A DNA stretch of 64,000 nucleotides from a virus. Lineage: Duplodnaviria > Caudoviricetes. The first letter of the stretch is position 1. The number at the start of each line of letters is the position of its first letter. Shown piece after piece: positions 57,501 to 64,000 of this stretch. Both the position numbers and the translations under genes were made by a program. Below the pieces are notes generated by a model. That model was given only the letters and a program-made list of their open reading frames with translations, was not told the origin of the DNA and did no database searches. Location: positions 1-64,000 of IMG/VR virus record IMGVR_UViG_3300032234_000392. One strand, 5' to 3'.

Positions 57501-60500
57501 AAGATGGTTGGCGTGGCAGTGTTTGCTAGAATTTCATAAGGTCCGTTAGTATCTGTGGTAGCAGTAAATTGCAGTACACGATATACTACGTCTAGAGTTT
57601 CCCGTAATTTTAAACCAGTTGACGGTCTTACTGCTACGTTTTCTAATGCCCCTGTAAGCAGTATTTGACCGTTGCTGCGTAGAGTCATTATTGTATCGTT
57701 TGGTACGATTGCAAATAATCCGTCGCCCCCGCCAGAGCCTGTACCAGCACCTAGATTGAGTCTTGCCACTCCTGGTACTATGTCATCTAACGCCACAGAA
57801 GTCACTGGATATCGATAAATTTCACCGCTATGATTAATTTCTAATTCTGAACCACCTAACGGTACATAATTATATTTGTAGACAAATATTGACAATCCGT
57901 TTACTACGTTTTCGTATGTCGAATTTGGAAAATAACATCTAACACCTTGACTGAGGTCTTCATACAATTCAGTTGGAGTAGGAACTTCTAGTGGATCGGC
58001 TCCCTCAGCTACCAATGCAAAATTACCATGAGCATTTGATCCTGATACTGATCGAATCTGTCCACCATTGATAGAATAATAAGCAATGTGACAGTAGTAG
58101 GTAAACATAGAAACTAGTTCTATCAGTCCACCATTTTGTGCTACGGCTCCGTATCCTAGGTCATTGATTTGTGTAAAGTCGTTGGCCAGCAATGATCTAT
58201 TTCCTGGCATTAACAGTTCATATCTATTACCATTAAAGTCTACATACTCAACTACTGCTGTTTGAATAGAAGTTTTATTAATCTGTACTAGATCTCTAGC
58301 TGCAATATTGTTGGCTGCATATCCGCTAGTACCTGGTAGAGACAATGTTATAGCTGCTTGAGCTGCAACATAATTTCCTGCTGAAATAGCACTAGCTACT
58401 GCTGTCATTAGGCTGTTAATTCTTGCAGCTTCAGTGGCAGTGGCTGCTGTGCCAGTGACTCGCGACAAAGAAGAATAGCTAACAACAGGCGCTAAATTCT
58501 GCACCACTCGCTGAGCAACAGTGCTAGCATAGGCTACAGCGGCTGCACAACGAGCCGGTTGCCCAGATAGCAATAATAATTCTCCTGTAAGATTATTATA
58601 ATATTTTAATGCAGCGTGTCTTGAAGCAGAGTTCCCACCATAGATTAAATCAAAAATAACAGATTCTAGAACTAGTCTAGTATCTCGTTGAGATTTAGTT
58701 GAATTGAAAGTATCACCAGTAGCCCAGGGACTAATATTTCCTGAAATCTGAGCAGCTATCCAACCTGCTACTTCAGCAACAATATAATTTCTATTGGCCA
58801 TCAGTAGGTTGTATGCACTAGTTATATTGACAGAAACACCTGGAGGCAGAGTGAATGTTAATGTTGGCGCTGCTGCTGCACCTCTATTAATTATCTCTGC
58901 AATCGTAGCATTACTAGCATCTACAATAGGTTGAATGGTAGGATAAGCACTAAGTTTATCATTTACTAGTTCATGAGCTAGTGAAATAGCTTCTAAAGTA
59001 ATAACTCTTTGATCTTCAATAACCGGAGCTGATTGACTCATACGGTAAGTTAATCCGTTTTGTCTAGTCCAGTAGTTAGTACCAAATACAATATCAAAAC
59101 TTAGACCATCAAGAATCAAACCTACATCTCTAAAACAGGCATCGTCGTTATAGACAAATACTGGAAACGGCCAGGGTGTAGTTTCATCTAAAATAAATGT
59201 AGCGGAAGATCCATCTTTATCGTAGATAAAATCTCTTACATAGTTGATTCGATATACACCATCTCCCACAATAAATGAACATGGTAATAACGGAAAGCGG
59301 TCAAGGTCACTAACTTCTAATCTTGTAGGATTAATTACTGCATCTATGTTAAATTCTAAATTACCAGCAAATCCGTCAACAAACATACCGCCGGCAAATA
59401 CCTGTCGATCCTTACTTCTTGAAAAGCTAGCACACTCTTGAAAGTACGGTGACTTAGCAAGTATTTGTGCTGTTGGATCAAGTACTCCCATAAATCCGCC
59501 ATGCCCTTGTGCAGTAAGAGCCTGCCAACGCACAGCATCGCCTGCTAAGAAAACGTCCATCTCTTGATTTTCTTTAGGATAGTTTACACTACCTGAACCA
59601 TCAATTACATCTTTTAAAGCCGCAAGTAAGTCTGTAATTACTGCATCTGCTCCGGGTTCTGAAGTATAAGCCGGATCTCGTACCTGCGGAAACAGAGACT
59701 GTTTTGGTCCCACAACTAACGTGTTATCAATAACAGCCTGCATTAGTGTTTCAAGATAGGTCAATACCGCAAGATACTGTGATAGCTGAGTAGTGATTGC
59801 TATTCTTGCACTGACACTTTCATAATATTTTAAACCGGCACTGATAGTTCTATTATATTCACCATATTTTAAATCGAATATAAATGCATCAGCTAATTGT
59901 CCTACATCTCTTTTGCATAGTGCTTGATTATATTCAAAAGTTGGTCCGAATGGTGCTATAGTATTTGTGATATTAAAATTCATCCAAGCAATAATTTCTT
60001 CTTGCAGGAATGATCTGTTTAATTCTAAAAGTGATGCGGCAGCGCGATAACCGCCTTTGTTCTGTATCTTAGGATAAACTGGTTGACTAGGATCTTGCAA
60101 ATAGTGATATGCGAACGGAGTTGTGGCATCTGTAGCCGGTATACCGTCTATTATAAGATCTCTACGGAATTTTTGAAACGCCCAAGGTGAACTAGAAGTT
60201 CCTGGTTTAGGTCTAAAAATAACTCGACGGAATTCATCACCAACAATAGAACAGTTATCGGGTACCTTTAGTGGATAATTTTCATAATATTCTCCCGATT
60301 CAACCAAAATACTGATCTGAATATTTTTTGCAACATCGCCATAGGAAAGAACTTCGCCGATTTCGAATGTACCAAACTTAATATCGACATCGAATATTTC
60401 TCTACCTTCGCTATCTAATGCTCCACTGTGAGCTAAAATTTGAGCCAGTGCTCCTGAATTTTCTCCACGCAAGAACAAGCCTTCTCGAATATCTCTGCCT

Positions 60501-61966
60501 CTTATAGATTCTGGAGTAGTTGTAAGAACATCACCTGTAAAGTCTGTACGGAATCCTTCAGTTTTAATTAAAAATCTTGGTAAATCTACTTCTAGGGTAG
60601 GAAACGAGGTAAACCCAGATCCTCGATCTGTTAAGGTAATGCCTGTGATCACTCCAGCTTCTGCTACAGCTGTACCAAAAGCTCCTGATCCGCCTCCACC
60701 CGAAATACGTACAGATACTAAAGTATAACCTGTTCCGCCATTAACAATTGACACAGAATTAATATTATAGGTTATATTAAATGTTGCTCCGACACCGATT
60801 GCACCTATTCCTGTAGGAGCACCAGATGATACTATTACAGTAGGTACTGCAGTTGCACCGGGTAATGTAGTATACGAACCAGACGAAATTATCCTAAAGG
60901 TTAAAATTCCTCCCGGGGTGCCTTGGGTTGACAAAACTTCAATTGTTGCATTAGCTGGAGCGACTCCAAATCCGCCTTGTAAACTTAAAATATCACCAGG
61001 ATAATAATTAGTACCAAGAGAATTAAGGGTGATGGTATCCACACTCATTCTTAATGCGCCTACAAATCCTGTTCCTGATGTAGGAGATGGGTCAACAGTT
61101 TCTAGGGTACATTCACGGGTACCGTTGTTATAGGTCAATACTTTTTTGTAAGGACCAATTTGTACTGGAGCTTCTAATACTAATTCTTCAGCACGTTTTA
61201 GTGCTGCTTCAAGTGTTCGATAAGCATAGGCCAATGCACGACCTTGTAGTACTTTCGATACTCCCGGACGATCATCAGCACCAGAAGTAGCCACGTAAAG
61301 ATTAACTGTAGATCCAAAACTCGAACTATCAACATACCTTTTAGTTGCAGCAATCAATCCACCGTAGGTTTCGTCGTCGTCTGGTTCAGGATCTCGAGAT
61401 AAAATTAAAGGCCCACTCATTCTTCCAAATGATTGATCGGGATTACCGGTTTCTGGATTGATAGCATTAACACCAGCACGAGAAATTTTACTGTCTGCAT
61501 ACGCCTTGTTAACTAATTCGTGTCTAAAAATTGGCAGTAGAGGTTCATTTGTAGTTCCAGAATCGATAACTCTAAATTGTTCCCCGCCTGATCGCAAAGA
61601 AAGATCGCCACCAAGTCTTGGAGTTGGGTCAGCTGAAATTGCTGCAAATTCTGCATTAATAGTAATTTCGTTAGGATTGGAGGTGAAATCGATACTGATT
61701 CCATTACCTGGAATTAGTTGTTTAAATGCTAGACCAGATTCTGTATTATTAACAGTTACAACTGGAGTTCCACCTGTGGTAGGATCGTTTTGACCTACAT
61801 AGCTGTCAGGAGTGTCATCTAGACCGATAAATTTTAATCTTTCTCCTAGCCCTAAAGAGCTGTATAGCTCTCGAAAATTATCGTTTACTTTTCTAAACGA
61901 ATCGCGAATACTATCGCCTGTGCCGTCGTTACCTATTGTACCGATGTCAATTTGTTTTCTTGCCAT
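54524..61966 (-). CDS. Giant tail/virion structural protein (2480 aa) with a putative C-terminal autocleaving chaperone
   Basis: gp9/gp10-like N-terminus, repeated helical RD.G..D...D..YG blocks, beta-helix-like segments, C-terminal ADLAEYY...GVVS...ALQGRVP. Confidence 0.75.
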   Translation of the reverse strand: MARKQIDIGTIGNDGTGDSIRDSFRKVNDNFRELYSSLGLGERLKFIGLDDTPDSYVGQNDPTTGGTPVVTVNNTESGLAFKQLIPGNGISIDFTSNPNEITINAEFAAISADPTPRLGGDLSLRSGGEQFRVIDSGTTNEPLLPIFRHELVNKAYADSKISRAGVNAINPETGNPDQSFGRMSGPLILSRDPEPDDDETYGGLIAATKRYVDSSSFGSTVNLYVATSGADDRPGVSKVLQGRALAYAYRTLEAALKRAEELVLEAPVQIGPYKKVLTYNNGTRECTLETVDPSPTSGTGFVGALRMSVDTITLNSLGTNYYPGDILSLQGGFGVAPANATIEVLSTQGTPGGILTFRIISSGSYTTLPGATAVPTVIVSSGAPTGIGAIGVGATFNITYNINSVSIVNGGTGYTLVSVRISGGGGSGAFGTAVAEAGVITGITLTDRGSGFTSFPTLEVDLPRFLIKTEGFRTDFTGDVLTTTPESIRGRDIREGLFLRGENSGALAQILAHSGALDSEGREIFDVDIKFGTFEIGEVLSYGDVAKNIQISILVESGEYYENYPLKVPDNCSIVGDEFRRVIFRPKPGTSSSPWAFQKFRRDLIIDGIPATDATTPFAYHYLQDPSQPVYPKIQNKGGYRAAASLLELNRSFLQEEIIAWMNFNITNTIAPFGPTFEYNQALCKRDVGQLADAFIFDLKYGEYNRTISAGLKYYESVSARIAITTQLSQYLAVLTYLETLMQAVIDNTLVVGPKQSLFPQVRDPAYTSEPGADAVITDLLAALKDVIDGSGSVNYPKENQEMDVFLAGDAVRWQALTAQGHGGFMGVLDPTAQILAKSPYFQECASFSRSKDRQVFAGGMFVDGFAGNLEFNIDAVINPTRLEVSDLDRFPLLPCSFIVGDGVYRINYVRDFIYDKDGSSATFILDETTPWPFPVFVYNDDACFRDVGLILDGLSFDIVFGTNYWTRQNGLTYRMSQSAPVIEDQRVITLEAISLAHELVNDKLSAYPTIQPIVDASNATIAEIINRGAAAAPTLTFTLPPGVSVNITSAYNLLMANRNYIVAEVAGWIAAQISGNISPWATGDTFNSTKSQRDTRLVLESVIFDLIYGGNSASRHAALKYYNNLTGELLLLSGQPARCAAAVAYASTVAQRVVQNLAPVVSYSSLSRVTGTAATATEAARINSLMTAVASAISAGNYVAAQAAITLSLPGTSGYAANNIAARDLVQINKTSIQTAVVEYVDFNGNRYELLMPGNRSLLANDFTQINDLGYGAVAQNGGLIELVSMFTYYCHIAYYSINGGQIRSVSGSNAHGNFALVAEGADPLEVPTPTELYEDLSQGVRCYFPNSTYENVVNGLSIFVYKYNYVPLGGSELEINHSGEIYRYPVTSVALDDIVPGVARLNLGAGTGSGGGDGLFAIVPNDTIMTLRSNGQILLTGALENVAVRPSTGLKLRETLDVVYRVLQFTATTDTNGPYEILANTATPTIFKVLATITSIATNLCTTSQNHKLVVGDQFIPTSTANGFISGTIYYITAVPEYNQFRVSLSPGGVSPTLSNGTGLTIKGVKTHRLQESFTIDFFTTGTLPAPLNPEFTYFVLAENLSETEFSVSEIKGGNAVSITTAGSGTHRYNIAGLTLTNLRENYNYIDLTVSNPGEYRSGSAATCTISIASPAVVTRNSHGFVAGDVIKFTTSPGGSLPTGISALTRYFVISTGLGLNSFRFSESPGGTAVDTSGSQSGVQTVGIVTGGVGDTSVAVVGLGAQEISRIGGSKFVFLGKEYIISNYESEAVTLDTYARITLDRPLEDALNQFETSYTIKSAVPIRVSGALGTLTIRIALTRVTGHDLLEIGTGSYADTNYPKEIYGPSVNALNEEGEVIERDVGRCFYVTTDQFGNFKVGPFFKVDQGTGTVTFSASIALSNLDGIGFKRGVPIAEFSTDSAFTDNAVDTVPTENAIRKYIERRLGITHSGSLVPAGELIPLVTGGFMSLDGQLAMKAPMDLGQNTIIQLADPTNPQDAVNLRSLTWSNFQDFTGSKNAADILVFTGSGDDSVSAKVIGDVTFELRTGVDSSLNQVDVQLVPGIIVNTDVNAAAAIAQSKLAMNAATTRADATGITQADRGLASFDSARFDVVNGWVTLKDNGTTLGELQQIATKTVLGNSTLSTANVSAVPFTTVVDDGGAVKKSQYSSVGFLRRTSSISSSADGDYTVVAGSAGSSSTVGASEIIIRDSFGDFGGRTADLQSIKIDNNLAIDTLSFATGGYNRFYGFNTAGGVLIQTGTLPTDNKTAYWNDLHEFKTQNGVSNAPITCSTVTATSVQTQTLTTGGNTTAGTITGRWTLSGTSPNESRLQATYSADLAEYYEGDKEYEVGTVLVFGGDKEVTTTNIQGDNRVAGVVSNTAAFAMYEGCPGLKNLVALQGRVPCRVVGKISKGEMLVTSRIPGVAVAGGNDIKVGTVVGKALVDYDNDHIGTIEIAVGRT

Positions 61967-62037
61967 GTTTTAATCCTAGAATGAGCAATTGCTCTAGTAT
62001 TTAGCCCAATATTTTAAAAGCCGGATGTAAATACGTT

Positions 62038-62325
62038 ATGTTCTTAAAAACAGAAACACAAGAAAATCAATACCTAAGACACAGTAAATGCGGTGTGGCT
62101 CACAGTTTTAGTAGAAAAAAAACTGTGGCAGTATTTTTATGCGACAACTGTGATCAAGAGTTTTCTAGAGATCTAAAACATATGGACCGTAAAAGATTAA
62201 GCAACAATTACTTTCATTGTTGCGCTGGCTGCGATCCTAAACGATTTGCTCAACGTAAAGGAGTCGAACAGAAAAAGATATGGGATATGCCTGCTAGTAC
62301 AGAATTACCAGTGGGTAAGTTTTAA
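62038..62325 (+). CDS. Small zinc-binding hypothetical protein
   Basis: CDNC...CCAGC; TAAATA 4 nt upstream. Confidence 0.6.
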   Translation: MFLKTETQENQYLRHSKCGVAHSFSRKKTVAVFLCDNCDQEFSRDLKHMDRKRLSNNYFHCCAGCDPKRFAQRKGVEQKKIWDMPASTELPVGKF

Positions 62326-62642
62326 ACTCTAAAACTTTCGCCGCAGCCGCAGCGGTCTTTTTCCTGTGGATTTTTAAAATCAAACCCTTCATTAAGGCCC
62401 TGTTTAATCCAATCCATTTCTACACCTTCAACATAGGCCAGACTTTTTGGATCTACAAAAACATGTACCCCATAGCTAACAAAGCTCATGTCTTCAATAG
62501 CAGGCTGATCTACGTATTCTATAACGTAAGCAAGTCCTGAGCAACCGGTGGTTTTTACACCAACTCTGATGCCCAATCCTTTGCCTCTACGCTCTAGATT
62601 AGTTTTAACCTTTTCTGCAGCTAGTTTAGTTAGTAGTATCAT
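62322..62642 (-). CDS. iscA: Fe-S assembly protein IscA
   Basis: [26 protein letters not shown]. Confidence 0.93.
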   Translation of the reverse strand: MILLTKLAAEKVKTNLERRGKGLGIRVGVKTTGCSGLAYVIEYVDQPAIEDMSFVSYGVHVFVDPKSLAYVEGVEMDWIKQGLNEGFDFKNPQEKDRCGCGESFRV

Positions 62643-63012
62643 GTTTGGCTCTATAGTCTGCTATCGCTGCCTGAATTGCGTCTTCAGCAAGTATGCTGCA
62701 ATGGATCTTAACTGGCGGGAGAGCAAGTTCCTCTGCGATCTCAGAGTTCTTAATCGATCCTGCTTGCTCCAACGTTTTACCCTTGACCCACTCGGTAACG
62801 AGCGAGCTCGACGCAATAGCCGATCCGCAACCGTAAGTTTTAAATTTTGCATCTTGAATGATTCCGTCTTCAACACGTATTTGTAGCTTCATAACATCAC
62901 CGCAGGCAGGTGCTCCTACCATACCCGTGCCTACATTAACATCACCTGCGTCCATCTTGCCCACATTGCGGGGGTTTTCGTAGTGATCAATTACTTTATC
63001 AGAATATGCCAT
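62626..63012 (-). CDS. iscU: Fe-S scaffold protein IscU
   Basis: [41 protein letters not shown]. Confidence 0.96.
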   Translation of the reverse strand: MAYSDKVIDHYENPRNVGKMDAGDVNVGTGMVGAPACGDVMKLQIRVEDGIIQDAKFKTYGCGSAIASSSLVTEWVKGKTLEQAGSIKNSEIAEELALPPVKIHCSILAEDAIQAAIADYRAKHDTTN

Positions 63013-63013
63013 A

Positions 63014-63571
63014 TTACACTCCTAGTCTAATATCTACAACATCCCAATTGATAATTCGCCAAATATTAGCAAGATACTTGGCTTTGTCCTGCTGATAATC
63101 TAAGGCCCAAGCATGTTCCCACCAATCTATCAGCAGTGCAATCTTCATCGATTTCTTATATTCGTGGTTAGGTATAACCTGTAGTTTACCTTCTGTGTCC
63201 ATGTAAACCCACCCGCTGCCCTGAATGCCCATAGCAGTCTTTTCTACCGCAGCTTTAAACTTATCAAAATCTCCATACTCTTGATCTATTACAGATTTAC
63301 TGAGCCCCGTGGGTTTATTAGCTGCTCTGGGTGGGGTAAGATTGGCAAACCAGATATTGTGCAGTACAGCACCGCCGTAGTTAAAATCGGGGTCACCCTC
63401 TCCTGCATTATATCGTTCGGAGTATTTGGCAGCAAGTCCGTCATAGTGATACTTGAGAGTATCTTCGCTCATTACAGGTGCAAGTTCGTCTTTACTAAAC
63501 GTAAGTTTTTCTTGGTAGATTTCTCTGCGATCTGCAGTTTCTGTTAGACTTTTAATAAAATGTAGTGCCAT
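63014..63571 (-). CDS. Fe/Mn superoxide dismutase
   Basis: YHY, GGAVLHNIW, GSGW, DWWEHAW. Confidence 0.88.
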   Translation of the reverse strand: MALHFIKSLTETADRREIYQEKLTFSKDELAPVMSEDTLKYHYDGLAAKYSERYNAGEGDPDFNYGGAVLHNIWFANLTPPRAANKPTGLSKSVIDQEYGDFDKFKAAVEKTAMGIQGSGWVYMDTEGKLQVIPNHEYKKSMKIALLIDWWEHAWALDYQQDKAKYLANIWRIINWDVVDIRLGV

Positions 63572-63612
63572 ACTGTATTTACCGTATAAATAAACCACAA
63601 GGAGATTTAACC

Positions 63613-63852
63613 ATGTTAGGATTTATTAAAAAAATATTTGGCGGTAAAGTAGAAGAAGCGGCAGCTCCAGTACCATATAAAGTTGAAGCACCTGAAGCAC
63701 CTAAATCAACTTCGGTTGTAGAACAGGCTTCTGAGACTATGGTCAAATCTGTAGCCAAAGCTCCAGCTAAACAGGCTCCAAAGAAGCAAGCAGCACCTAA
63801 GAAACCAGCTGGTGCCAAGAAAGGTCCTCGTAAGCCAAAATCAAAGGCCTAA
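63613..63852 (+). CDS. Ala/Lys/Pro-rich small protein
   Basis: TATAAATA and AGGAG SD; histone-H1-like tail. Confidence 0.65.
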   Translation: MLGFIKKIFGGKVEEAAAPVPYKVEAPEAPKSTSVVEQASETMVKSVAKAPAKQAPKKQAAPKKPAGAKKGPRKPKSKA

Positions 63853-64000
63853 TAGTTTAGCTTGTTCATAGAGTGCAAAGCTGGCCAAGTTCTTGGCCTT
63901 GCTCTCGCACATGATGTCTGCAACTGGTCTAAAACTCAGTGCCCATTCATTTACTGCTGAATTCCAGTAGAAATCAGAATGTGCTCTGAGTTTTGCTTTT
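63841..64000 (-). CDS. uvsE: UV damage endonuclease (UvsE/UVDE), C-terminal end (partial)
   Basis: Manual translation ...KLRAHSDFYWN...DIMCESKAKNLA...; RAHSD and DIMxExKxK are UVDE motifs. Confidence 0.7.
   Translation of the reverse strand, partial: KAKLRAHSDFYWNSAVNEWALSFRPVADIMCESKAKNLASFALYEQAKLLGL

Noticed and set aside
44902-61793. Many plus-strand ORFs of 60-156 aa overlapping the tail genes (and similar ones elsewhere, such as 25914..26309 and 22180..22458)
   Set aside because: These are antisense shadows of long biased-codon genes, with no recognisable motifs
1-64000. CRISPR array, diversity-generating retroelement, integrase or transposase
   Set aside because: I saw no regularly spaced repeats, no reverse transcriptase and no recombinase motifs; the repeats I noticed are coding (collagen, GNVT)
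1-64000. Stop-codon reassignment as in some jumbo phages
   Set aside because: Standard-code ORFs tile the window densely and conserved genes are full length

Overview
This 64 kb window comes from a large, AT-rich, T4-like (probably jumbo) dsDNA phage. A GH19 endolysin, a spanin pair and proteobacterial-type IscU/IscA point to a Gram-negative host. From left to right: (i) 0-8.2 kb, a sugar/radical-SAM island (two paralogous glycosyltransferase-like genes, SGNH hydrolase, NDP-sugar epimerase, B12-radical SAM, NDP-sugar dehydrogenase); (ii) 8-12 kb, hypothetical genes and RNase H; (iii) 12.5-21 kb, a 7-deazaguanine DNA-modification region (queE, folE, DpdL-like T-fold protein, DpdA/TGT-fold transglycosylase) with a GT-B glycosyltransferase, a PRTase, a HIT protein and an atypical tRNA-Gly-like gene; (iv) sliding clamp, family B polymerase and a DsbA-like gene; (v) 25-30.7 kb, putative head internal proteins; (vi) DnaJ-peptide deformylase-ClpA; (vii) lysis cassette; (viii) PhoH, dCMP deaminase, clamp loader, MazG-like protein, GroES and a DnaE fragment; (ix) 43.8-62 kb, tail/baseplate module with an S8 protease and a collagen fibre; (x) IscA, IscU, SOD and a partial UvsE. 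The best candidate for an undescribed system is replisome-coupled, possibly glycosylated, 7-deazaguanine DNA hypermodification. The transglycosylase carries the same NTFxxLF[DE]xE peptide as the polymerase C-terminus (putative clamp-binding motif), and the cluster's glycosyltransferase resembles the queuosine-tRNA mannosyltransferase (GTDC1/QTMAN) family. All family calls come from motif recognition by eye; no searches were run.
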